Below are positions 14,903-26,500 of a DNA stretch of 64,000 nucleotides, one piece after another. The position numbers and the translations under genes were made by a program. This DNA is from the human T2T-CHM13v2.0 reference genome, Homo sapiens. Location: NCBI RefSeq assembly GCF_009914755.1, contig NC_060937.1; one strand, given 5' to 3'. Every line of letters begins with the position of its first letter. Within the stretch, counting starts at the first letter, position 1. The notes below the pieces were generated by a model. The model saw only the letters and a program-made list of their open reading frames with translations. It did no database searches and was not told the origin of the DNA.

Positions 14903-15340
14903 AGATTTTTTAAAAAAATTTTTAAACGAGCTCGAATTATTAATTTTTTATTTTTATCTAAAATCAAACAAGTGATGACTGCAGTTTCAAAATTTATACT
15001 TAGTCTTTCGTAGGTAACCAGTTCTGATAATTTATCCCATAAGCTGATAGTCAAATTTGTTATTTAACTTTACAAAAGGAACGAATTGCCTGTGTTAGAT
15101 CTTTTTGTGATGGAAAATAAAATTAAAAGTATTTTATCATATTCATGAGAGATTTGGTGGTACAATTTTGTGGACATTCAGTATCTAGATCATCACCTAC
15201 TTTATTGATTTGTTATCTAATTATGAAATATGCTGTAATAATCTAAAGAAGCTTTTTCTTTCAAGCTTCTAACTTTAATTTTTGCTCTTCAGTCTTATCT
15301 GCTGCTGAAAAACCTGTTACATTCCTTCATTGTATGCATG

Positions 15341-15803
15341 TGTGATGGTCAATATTGAGTGTCAACTTGATTGGATTGAAGGATGCAAAGTATTGTTCCT
15401 GGGTGTGTCTGTGAGGGTTTTACCAAAGGAGATTAACATTTGAGTCAGTGGACTGGGAAAGGCAGACCCACCCTTAAACTGGGTGGGCACAATCTAATCA
15501 GCTGCCAGGGTGGCCAGAATAAAAGCAGGCAGAAGAACGTGGAAAAACTAGACTGGTTTAATTGACTGGCCTCTATCTTTCTCCTGTGCTGGATGCTTCC
15601 TGCCCTCGAACATTGGACTCCAAGTTTTTCAGCTTTGGGACAGAGTTGGACTGGCTTCATTGCTCCTTTCTCCTCAGCTTGCAGACAGCCTATTGTAGAA
15701 CCTCACCTTGTGATCCTGTGAGTCAACACTCCTTAACAAACTCCCCTTTATATATATGTCTATCTTACTAGTTCTGCCCCTCTAGAGAACCCTGACTAAT
15801 ACA
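15341..15803 (+). mobile_element. MLT2A1-type solo LTR
   Basis: TGTGATGGTCAATATTGAGTGTCAAC...GAGAACCCTGACTAATACA; TSD GCATG/CCATG; CAATCTAATCA at 15490-15500. Confidence 0.9.
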
Positions 15804-16334
15804 CCATGCAATAAGATCATTAATAATTCTCAAAATATCAGTCAAACAAGCAAGTCTAGTCTACAATTCATATGTTTAAAAACCCAGAACCACATTATTT
15901 TCTTATCTTAGAGAAATACATTCTTGACAGAATTTTAACCCTTGATAACAATCACATCTGAGCCTATAATAACAATTGTACATGACCAGTCTTCATAGGA
16001 TCACATAATAGAGAATATTTTTGAATTTAACATCGGAGTAAAACTAGTATTGGTCTTCTTTTCTCTGAAATCATGTCCAACACTACCATCACCATTTGGC
16101 CTACTACTTCTGCCATATTCAAAGAAGGCAGGTCTTTTCACTTGTAAGAGCAAAGCTTATTATACCATCAGTAATTAGGGTCAAAATAAGTAATACATGC
16201 TAGTAACCAAAAGCAATTCAGATGAACTATATAAGTGTAGTTTCTCTTGAAATCCATTAGACAGCTGAGGACTGAAAGAAACTTAAATGAAACAAACTCC
16301 AGAAAGTGACAAGCCCTCAAAAGAGAAGAAAAAA

Positions 16335-16637
16335 CTGAGCATGGTGGCTCATGCCTGTAATCTTAGCACTTTGGGAGGCCAAGTCAGGTGGATCACCTGA
16401 GGTCAGGAGTCCCAGACCAGCCTGGCCAACATGGCAAAACCCTGTCTCTACTAAAAATTCAAAAATTAGACGGGCATGGTGGTGTGCACCTGTAATCCCA
16501 TCTACCTAGGAGGCTGAGGCAAGAGAATTGCTTGAACCCGAGGGCAGAGGTTGCAGTGAGCTGAGATTGCACCACTGCACTCCAGCCTGGGCAACAGAGC
16601 AAGACTGCATCTCAAAAACAATAAAAAATAAAAAAAG
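16335..16637 (+). mobile_element. AluS (Sx/Sz-like)
   Basis: Full dimer with GATCACCTGAGGTCAGGAG and an A-rich tail. Confidence 0.92.
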
Positions 16638-17229
16638 AGGAAAGATCCAGAGCTCCTGTGCCTGACTGAAATAGAGAGTGAGGGGAGCAATGGGCCACTG
16701 AAAAAGGTAATGAGTACCCAGTCTAACTTTCAGCAAGCCTTCTAGGGCTGTGTGTGAATGATGATGGGAGGCCCAAGACAGAAAGGAAGACTACACCACC
16801 CTCTAGTTCTTTCCCTCACATCTTAGGGAGACCTCAAATCGTGGCAGGGAGAAATTACACCCCTAGGCTTAACTCCAGGCATTCACCTCACTAAAACTGA
16901 GAGAGGAGCAGAAGAGTGGAGAGAGCCCTCTCAGGTAATTCTTTCTTCACAGAGCATCTACGGGCTGCATCCCCTCTCCAGAGGCCAAGAGTGGTACAGC
17001 AGGAATGAAAAGGATCACCCAAGGCACAGAAAGCAGAGGGCAAAACTGGAAAGCAAAGAGAACTCCCTCACCACACAAAACTCTGGCAAACAGAATATAA
17101 AGCGGGAAGAGCTTGCTCAGAGGTCAGAAGGCAAGTGGCTCACCTGTGAAATGCAACAGACATCCTGAGATTCACCAGTGCCGGGACCCCAGGCCTTGCT
17201 GATGGGAAAGGCTCAATGTATTTTAGATC

Positions 17230-17462
17230 CCGCAGTGCATTACTATCATAGTTTTATTGACTCAACAACCATTTAGATTGACCCACATGTTTACTCTTTC
17301 TGTTGCCTTTCATTTCTCTTTAAATCTTTGAGTTTCCTTTTGGAATCATTTTCCTTTACTTGAAAAACACTCTTTAGTACTTCCCTTAGAATAGGTCAGC
17401 TATTAGCAAAGTGTCTTCACTGTGTCTCCATTTTTAGAGAATATTTTTGCTGGGTAAAGAGA
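17230..17462 (-). mobile_element. Ancient L1ME-like fragment (ORF1 end / inter-ORF)
   Basis: CATTTTTAGAGAATATTTTTGCTGGGTAAAGA and AAAACACTCTTTAGTACTTCCCTTAG resemble antisense L1ME. Confidence 0.6.
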
Positions 17463-17466
17463 TTTA

Positions 17467-17772
17467 TTATGTAAATGAAACTAAGAGTTTAAATGCTCTT
17501 TAAAAGGCTTATTGCTTGACATTCCAGCGAATTTCCCTTTTCATAATTAGGTCATAGCTAGTTTGGACACTGTCTTACAGAGAAGCATATAGCAGACATA
17601 ACTTGAAGATCTTTGCAAGATACCGGGCTTCACGTGGTCCAAAAATTTTACTAATATTGGTAGGATTTGGGGGTACTGAGCCCATCAACATTCAGACTAT
17701 ATTAATCAACCCTTTACCCAAACTAGTAAAATACTCTTTCTAACCACAACCAAAGGAGGGACTGAGGCCCAT
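17467..17772 (-). pseudogene. Endogenous bornavirus-like matrix (EBLM) remnant
   Basis: ATG at 17772, in frame with GPREARYLAKIF (17640-17605) and NVKQ*AF*RAFKLLVSF. Recalled BoDV-1 M has LPREKKLTDYF and DQSKHAINAAFNVFSY. An adjacent frame reads QILPILVK against NIPFLSVK. Confidence 0.65.
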
Positions 17773-19221
17773 AATATAATCACCAATAGAAATAGGATTT
17801 ATTATGTCTTGCACTATCCCATGCAATACTCTTAACCTCCCTTGAATGAGAGTTCAAAATTGTAGGGTCATGACTAGAATGATTATACCTTGCCCACTTT
17901 CCAGGATTGCCTGATCCTCTGGATACAATTCTGTCTACTAGTTATGACCCTAAACTAGTCAGAGAGTCAACTTCTTCACAGTGGCCCCTTCTGGTACCTA
18001 AAATATCCCCACATTGTTAACCCTAACTTCTAATCATAAAAAAAAATAGACTCTGACTGGAAGAACAAAGTGCTTCTGTAAAAATCATTATGGTGCTGTC
18101 CATAGAGGCCAGGCATATAACAGGGTAAGGAATAAATATTGGAGCTATTTTTTTCTGTACAGTTCACTTTTACTCCTCAGAGACTCTTCAACTGCTTTAT
18201 CAGAGTTGTTCAACTCCAGAGAATCTGCCCTTCCCAAAACAGATAACTGGCACACCTGCCATGTTAAATGATTCCTACACTACTACATAGTCTGTGCCCT
18301 CTTAAGCACCATTTTATTTATGGAACCCATCCTTTGCTTGTTTCTCACAAATAAACCAGTTGCATCTATCAGGTAATTATTACTGGCTTTTCTTTACATC
18401 CCATGGGAAACAGGTCTCCTTACAGCATGTGCCCGGGAACTTACAAAATGAAGCCACACAGGCTACTCTGAAGAATCACTAATTTACTTTTGTATATGCA
18501 TTATTCATGTAATAATTCCTATAATGGGGTTTATACAATTGGAAAAGGTAGTGAGAAATTTATACAATTGGAAAGGTAGTAGGAAATTAAATCTTACCTG
18601 ATGTTATAAATGATATTTTCATAGCTCTGAAAGCTCATCGGACCAATCTAAAGTCTTCAGTTCAAGAAGTAATTATCAAAGTCATAGTTTTAGATTTTCT
18701 CTCAGTTTATCAATGTGGTATCTGTGTCATTGCTAACACTTCAGGTGCACTTGGAGAAACACCACTGGCCAAATAGAACAATTCACCTGCAAGATGTTCA
18801 CCTTGCTCTTCAAGGTAGACCCCAGTAGACCTTGTAATGTGTTTCCTTGGTCTGGATTCTAATCATTCTGCTCTCAGTTTTTGTGAATGTTGCAGTTGCC
18901 AAGTGTGGACTCTCTGGAGTTAGAAATGTTTCTGCATAGTCACTATCTTATCACATAATCCAACTCATTTGATGAAAGGAGGAAAAAAGAGACCCTAGTC
19001 TGACTCTATAAACTGTTGTTTGTTGTTTCTGAGACAACGTATTATCTAGAGATCCTAACAGTAGTGTAGATCTGGAATGAGAGTCTTCTCTGCCTGCCCT
19101 TCTGGTCTGGCCAGAGCTTGGCCATGAAAAGAGGTTCAGGATGATGAATAGGAACAATCACCCCCACCAGGTACGTAAGAATGAGAACAATTGCTTTATA
19201 ATTATAACTGCAGAATGCCAT
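17706..19221 (-). pseudogene. Endogenous bornavirus-like glycoprotein (EBLG), decayed, near full length
   Basis: Collinear motifs against recalled BoDV-1 G: signal-like start, LDYVIR**LC, HYKVYWG, KCT*, HYRNYYMNNAY, RNKQR, TWQVCQL, KVNCT..NSSNIY, GLTMWGYF/LGT, HCEEVD, ESGQG, and TM ILFLLVIILWASVP ending at the stop at 17706-17708. Span is about 505 codons with many stops and frameshifts. Confidence 0.85.
18530..18586. repeat. 29-bp tandem duplication within EBLG
   Basis: TTTATACAATTGGAAA(A)GGTAGT..GAAA occurs twice in tandem. Confidence 0.9.
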
Positions 19222-19844
19222 ATGGCTTGCATAATACTTCTTAGCTCATAATATCATCTAGTTTGCATTGACCCTTGCCTTAAGAGAAAAATCAGTTCAT
19301 CCAAATGTTCATTCTGCTTCTGATATCATATCCTAAGAACTTCTTAGGGCAATCCATAAACAATAAAAACTCATTCTTTCTTGGTTAATTAATTCGCAAA
19401 TAATTTTTCAGAACTTCTTTGTAATTGTTCTTCCTTGCTGTAGTATGCCAGTAAAATTCTGGTTATATCATAGCAGGTTTCTTTATTTAAGAGGCTTTCC
19501 ACATATAGACTAGAATACAGACATATAAAAACATCACATAAATACAATAATTTACCTAATTATGTTATAGTTAACACAAATATGAATGGCTTAAGAACAA
19601 AACAAATACTCAAGCAGACCCTGAGAAGATAGAGCAGCAAATGGATCTTCTCATCCTGAAGTATCAAAATGCTGTATTACTTGTTAGTTCTATAGCACTC
19701 TTCCTCCAAAGAACTCAAGAAGTTTGGACATACCTTGAAAAAGGCTTTTAAAGACATTCTAATACTTATTAGTAGTACTGAGTCACTGTCAGTATAAAAA
19801 TTTAAAAGAACATCCCAGGACAAAATAATGATCCTTGCTATAGA

Positions 19845-20035
19845 CTAACACTGGAGAAACAAACTTGGATTGAGGACAGCTCTGGTCATCTGTAAAGATG
19901 CCACACAAAGCAAATTGCTTAAACGTTCAGACCTCAATTTTCTCCTATATAAAATGGAATCATAATATCTGCCATACTTCACTGAAAATGTTACTGAAAG
20001 AGTAAAGTTAAATAATGAATATAAAAATAATTGTA
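19845..20035 (+). mobile_element. MIR
   Basis: Core CCTCAATTTTCTCCTATATAAAATGGAATCATAAT. Confidence 0.7.
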
Positions 20036-22727
20036 AGGCTGCAAAATACGACACAAAGTCAAGCAATTGTGTCTGTGTATATATGTTTTAGGTTTTATAT
20101 AGCTTTTTATTCATGGACTTATATTCTTCCCACATCTACCCACTCTGCTATCCCCATGCCCACCATCCCAATTTTTCATACCTCAAAATCAAACTATTAT
20201 ATCTTCCAGGAAGTTGAATCTATACATTGTGAATTGAAAATCTCACTCAATGTATTTACTTGAATTTGAACCAATGATAGGAAGTAGGGTAGAGGAACTG
20301 GGGTGCAGCTTAGCAAATCAACTTCAATAAATGCCAACACAGAGGAATCAACTTCTTCAAATGCTTTGGGTAGCTGTATGAATCCACAACAATTCATTTA
20401 GAATGTAATTTTGCATGTGATTAATCTATCATCTGGTCTGATTGCCTCTGGTACATTTTTATAATTATAAATTGAATGGAGAATAAAGATAATTCAAATA
20501 ATCTTATTGGCTAAAGCACAGGGCATTAATTCAGTTTATAATAGCAATAATGACCTCAGCCCAGGACATTTCCAGGCAATTAATGACTGGCTAGAGTTAA
20601 TGGCCCAAGTTTCAGCCAAGGACCATCAACTCCTCCTAGCTGGTCATCAATCCTCAGAAAATGCCCAATGTTCAGATCCATTCAGAGTTTGACTCCATCC
20701 CATCTTTATATTTTCAAATAAGTTTGTGCTTTACTCTTTTTCCTCAAATTCTATGTCACTTGTAAACTGGGTAAAAATAATTGACATTGTTTTTGAATAA
20801 TAAATTAATTCATGGAACATAAGAACAACTAAATGACACATAGACATTATACATTAAATTGTATTGTAATATTGAAAACAGTACAGACCCAAGGCACAGG
20901 GCATAGATTTTTCTAACTCCAACTTTCTCAAAATCAGTCCTGCTAAGGAAAACCTGGGTTGTGAGCCCCGATTTTCATGTTCTTAGTTTATTTCTCCCAG
21001 AGAAAAAAGTCAGATTTAACCTGTAATGTACACATTTCTGCTTTCTACCTATCAAGCTATCCTGTTTGATTTTAAATTCTTTTCCAGAAGTGGGAGACAT
21101 AGCAGAGGGAAGCATGACTTAATATGCAAGCCCAAGTGATACCACATGACAATGTCATCAGTCATTTCAAGCTTCTCTAGAGTATTTTACCTATTTTTTA
21201 TTCCCCTATCTCACAGGAGGCAGATGAAACAGATGAGCTGGATTACCAGCATAGCGCACACAAGCTCTTTGTGAGCTGATCAAGCAGAGAGAGGGATTCG
21301 GCCAAACAGCCCCCATCTCTACAGGAGGCCACCAGGATGCTGCTCTCACCTCTCACCAGGAACCAGAGACTACAGAAAAAGCAATGCAATGTCTCATTGA
21401 GTTTGCCTCCCATCAGCTCCCCCTCCCTTTTTTTCTTTCTGATTCCTTTGTTGTTTTAATCCATCATGAGAAAGCCAGAAGTCATGAAATGACAGTATGT
21501 AAAGTGACCTTTACAATCAGGGTCACTGGCCTGGAAGACATGGACTCAGAACACCTGTGGCTGTTAATAAACAAGAAGATGCCTTCATTCAGAGATCACA
21601 TTTGTCCAAAGCCTATTCTATTCATTATCTATTTTTAAAAGGCAACCCTTTTAGACATATGTATACAACATTCAAGTAGGCAATTCATTATCATTATTAC
21701 TTACATTAACAACTAATGTCCAAAACAGGCCTCTTGCAGGCTGTGCAGTCATTGCCTGTAAAAGGAAACAGAATGTCCCTCAGTAGCTGAATTAATGTCT
21801 CCCAGAGGGGATTTCTCAACAGGAAATGGGAGATGTGTTGCCAAAGAATAAAGTCTGGTCATGAAAAATGATTCATGATGAGAATAGTCAAAACAATGTT
21901 AATAAATGACAAATAACAATACACTCATAAAGTAAAGAGAAACATTGCATTTCCATCTTTTCTTACTTACTGGGAAGATGAGTGTCTGTCATTAAAACCA
22001 TTATTCCTGCTGTCAAAATGCAGACATGGAATGATTCAAAAACTGTCACAAAGAACTTTACATATTGATGGTTTGATGTATGATGGAGTCAGAAATAAAG
22101 AAATAAAAGTCCAGAAAATAGGATTCTCCCTATGCCTTAATCTACCTTCACCCAGAGGACAAATGCAGGTATGAGACAATAGAGATACTGAGGATTGTTA
22201 AGCAGGAGTAGCAAAACATTAAAAGATGATCTGTCAAATTTTGCTAAGGTAGATTTGATATGCTGGTATAGCATATTAATTTGCTCAATATCATACAAAT
22301 CAATACTAAATTTGGAGGAAAATTAGTAAGATCTATATAATACAAATAATGTCTGAATTTAAGAAAAAAGTAATAATTTTGTTTTACTGATTTACAGAAA
22401 GCAGCTGATGATCAGTGTCAATTGTCCCAATTTAATTTCTTGAAGCAGACAAGTTGATATATATTCTATAGATAAAGATGTAACTAGATAATTGGTTTAG
22501 GACCAGATTTTCTCTGCTGGAATTCAGAAGGTTCAGGAAACTTCAGCCCTGTTTTGCAGAGCTAAGAAATGAATTCATGTCTGTCTTAACACAAATCCTA
22601 TGTGCTTTCTGTCTCACTGTGGCTCACATGCTAAAATCTCCTCCTATGATTCCATACAATATGCTATTTCACCTAGAGGGATTTTACAAACCATTTAAAT
22701 GCAAACAGGGAGAATTCACCATTACTC

Positions 22728-23097
22728 TGCTATCATGGATTGTGTGTTTACGTACCCCACTGCCAAATTCATATGTTGAAACCCTAACCCCCAACAGAAT
22801 GGTATTAGGAGGTGAGCCCTTTGGGAGGTAACTAGGTCATGAGGGTGGATGGAACCCCTATGATGAAATTAGTGTTCTCATAAAAAGGCAAATAGAGTTA
22901 GCTCAATCAATTTCTACTATGTGAAACTACAATGAAAAACTGGCAGTCTACATCCTGGAAGAGGGCCCTCACCAGAACTCAGCATGCTGGCACCCTGATC
23001 TTGGACTTCCAGCCACCAGGCCTGTGAGAAATACATTTCTGCTGTTTATAAGTGACCCAGTTTATCGTACTTTGTTACAGCGTCTCGAACTAAGACA
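22728..23097 (+). mobile_element. MLT1A-type solo LTR
   Basis: AAATTCATATGTTGAAACCCTAACCCC...GAACTAAGACA. Confidence 0.85.
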
Positions 23098-23573
23098 CTA
23101 ATTATTTAACTTGTTTAACTATAAAACAAGACATGGTACATGCCCCCAAAAACCTCTGATTTGCATCTAACTGGAGGTTAGAATTTGGAAAATCTTATTA
23201 TCTAAGGAAGGCTGCAGCTTCAATCAGAGGATGAAAAAGAGGTGACATCAATATCCATAATGTAAAGCATGTCTTAAAACAGCCCCCAAAGAACACTTAA
23301 ATGTTGATAATGAAGATCAAGAGCTGCAAGTAGCATACAGTTGTATAACTGTTATTCAAACTAGGCATGTAAGAAAAAACATGTGGTTAAACATTATTCC
23401 CAGTTGAGTCTAGGGGAAAAAGAACACACTAAAGGTATATATATACCTTTCTGGTTACCAAGTGGATGGTCTCTCTCCTCTTACCTCCTTGGATTAAAGG
23501 GTCTCTAAGATGTATTTAGCTTGTGAACCCCTATATTTAATTTCCATTTGGATTACACAGTGAACATTAATTA

Positions 23574-26500
23574 CAGGTATACCTCCATTGTTTTCTACTT
23601 CACTTTATTGTGCTTCACAGACACTGTGGCAACCCTGAAGTGAGCAAGTCTATCAGCCCCATGTTTCCAATGTCATGTACACACTTGTGTCAAATTTTGG
23701 TAATTCTTGCAATGTTTTAAACTTTTAAAATTAATATTATATCTATTATGGTGACCTGTGGTAAGTGATCTTTGATGTTACTATTACAATTGTTTTTGGG
23801 TATCAGGAACCCCACCCATATAAGATGGCAAAAACAGTAGGTAAATGTTGTGTGTGTGTTGACAGCTCCGCTAACTGGCTGTTACCACCTCTCTTCTTCT
23901 TGCACCTTCCTATTCCCTGAGACACAATATTGAAATGAGACAAATTAAAAACTCTACAATGGTGTATAAGTACTCAAGTAAAAGGAAGAGTGACTCATCT
24001 CTCACTTTAAATCAAAAGTTAGAAATAATTAAGCTTAATGAGGAAGGCATATTGAAAGCCAAGATAGGCCAAAAGCTAGATTTTTTTTCACCAAACGGTT
24101 TGCCAAGTTGTGAATATAAAAGAAAAGTTCCTGAAGGGAATTAAATGTGCTACTCCAGTGAACATAGAAATGTTAAGAAAGCAAGACAGCTTTATTGCTG
24201 ATATGAGAAAGTTTAGTTGTCTGGATAGAAGATCAAACTAGCACCAACATCCCCTTAAGCCAAAGCCTAATCCAGAGCAAGGCCCTAACTCTCTTCTATT
24301 CTGTAAAGGCTGAGAGAGGTGAGGAAGATGCAAAGGAGAAAACCTGAAGCTGGCAGCGGTTCATTCATGAAGCTTAGGGATAGAAACTATCTTTATCACA
24401 TAAAAATGTGAGATGGATCTGTCACTTCAGTTCTGGTTACCTTGGCTCCACCTATCTCCTTGGTAGAGCCTGCTTCCTGTCCTACCACCTCTGTGCTCTG
24501 TTCTTGTTACTGAACTTCTTCCCCTCCAAAATCTGGCGGAAGTGACATTGCCTAAGCCCAAGGCAGCAGTGGCCTGGGGACTCAGGAATTGTCCATGGGC
24601 TACCCTTCAAATGACAATATCTTGTTCTTTGGCTGATATAATGAGTGAACAGTTGGTCAAAGAACTGCAGTTAGGGGAAGAAACTGTCACTTTTCCTCAA
24701 GTAGCTGTTGCTAAAAGACCATTTATTACTGAAGAAAACATTGACACTTCCAGTGACCTAATGTTGGCTCAGATATTATACATGGAATTTGGCAAAGAAT
24801 ATGATGCACAATTAGACATAAAGAAAAGAAAATTCAGTGGAGATAGAAAAGTTTCCATGTCCTTTGAAAATTATTGAAAAGTGCATCCTGATGAAGACAG
24901 TGATAGCTCTGAAGGTGAGGCTGATTGGCAGGATACTCATGATGATCTCTACTGACTAGCAAAACCAGTTCCCACTCCCACAAAGGGTTTTATTGGAAAA
25001 GGAAAAGGCATTGCCACCAAACATCATGAAGTAGTATGTGGGAGAAAGAATCCAGCAAGAACGGAAAATTTTGCACCTGCATTTCAGGTAGAAGACAGAA
25101 TGGATTTAAAACTACCAAACAAAGTTTTTGATGCTTCAAAACACCATGCCTACTCAGAAGAACAGCAAAGTGCCTGCCTCCACAAGAAAAAGGAGCATTC
25201 TACGGAAGAAAATGCAGTTGATCCTGAGACATGTTTTCTTATGTAAAAATGGTCAACTCTGGAATGTTTGAGACAATCATTGACTATTAGTACAGGAGAG
25301 AAATCTATTGTCTTTCATGTATACAGAAAGAGCACGGAGGATGAAAAGAAATATAGTAAAGTTATACCTACAGAATGTGCCATCATGGTATTTACAACAA
25401 CCCTTAATGAGTGGAAGATTCATGACAAATAAGTTAAAGATGATCTTAGGTTTCAAGATCACCTCAGTAAACTAAGTCCACATAAGATTATTCACATGTG
25501 GGCAGAAAGCGAAATCCACAATCTCTCAAGAATGCAGAGAACTAGAATTCCTCATCCAACAGTTATACAACTTGAGTGCAAGAAATACATTTTAGTTATG
25601 TCTTTTATTGGCCATGATTATGTTCCAGCCCCTAAATTAAAAGAAGTAAAGCTCAGTAGTGAAGGAATGGAAGAAACCTACTAACAAACTCTTCATTTGA
25701 TGCAGCGGTTATGTAATGAATGTACACTTTTTTATACCAACCTCAGCAAGTATAACATACTTTGGCATGCTGCAAAGGTCTGGTTGTTTGACATCAGTCA
25801 GTCAGAAGAACCAACGTGTCTTAATGGACTGGAATCATTGTTCCATGACTATAAAATGTCTCACACTTTTTCCAGAAAGGAGTAGTAAGGAAAGCCATTA
25901 ATGAATGAGACCTCTTCAATGCTGTTTTAAACATCTCAGCAGATAATGAAGGGGATTTTTTTAGCTAAGACAGAAGCTTTGGAGAAAATGAATGAAGATC
26001 ACATTCAGAAGAATGGAAAGAAAGCTGCTTCATGCCCACCAGTATTGTATGGTGAATATCACCAATGCCCACCGCTTTCAATGTAAACACAGAGGTGATT
26101 GCCAGTTGCCAATAGCAAACAAAGTTATGGTTGTACTCGCAGTACCAAAATATGAGAGGTATACAGTGGTGTTTCCCTGCTTTTCCCCCTCCTTGTAACA
26201 CATGTGCCAAATGTGTGGAATTTTTAGCTCAGAATTGAGGAAATAAAATCTCACCACCTCTAAAAAAAAGTGCAAGGTGAAGCAGCAAATGCTGATGTAG
26301 AAGCTATAGCAAATTATCCGGAAGATCTAAGATAATTGATGAATGTAGCTACACTAAAAAACAGATCCTCCATGTAGATGAAATAGCTATCTATTGGGGA
26401 AAAAATGCCATCTGGGACTTTCATAGCTAGAGAAGTCAATGCCTGTCTTCAAAGCTTTAAAGGACAGACTGACTTTTTTATTAAAAGCTAATGCAGCTAG

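Noticed and set aside
18951-19157. 68-aa ORF with a hydrophobic start, first considered an adhesion-GPCR or host exon remnant
   Set aside because: It has a non-ATG start and no 7TM or GPS motifs follow. The neighbouring frame carries the ATG and the bornaviral motifs, though a frameshifted contribution to G is not excluded.
17500-19200. Decayed ERV internal or env sequence
   Set aside because: There are no flanking LTRs and no recognisable retroviral pol or env TM motif; bornaviral G motifs fit in order.
21194-21280. Strong-looking splice acceptor (TCTCACAG|GAG)
   Set aside because: All frames stop within about 65 nt and the only nearby donor is weak.
24542-26198. Functional RIOK3 retrogene or Tigger-RIOK3 fusion
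   Set aside because: The ATG is lost, stops and frameshifts are frequent, and the catalytic HADL equivalent reads YTNL.
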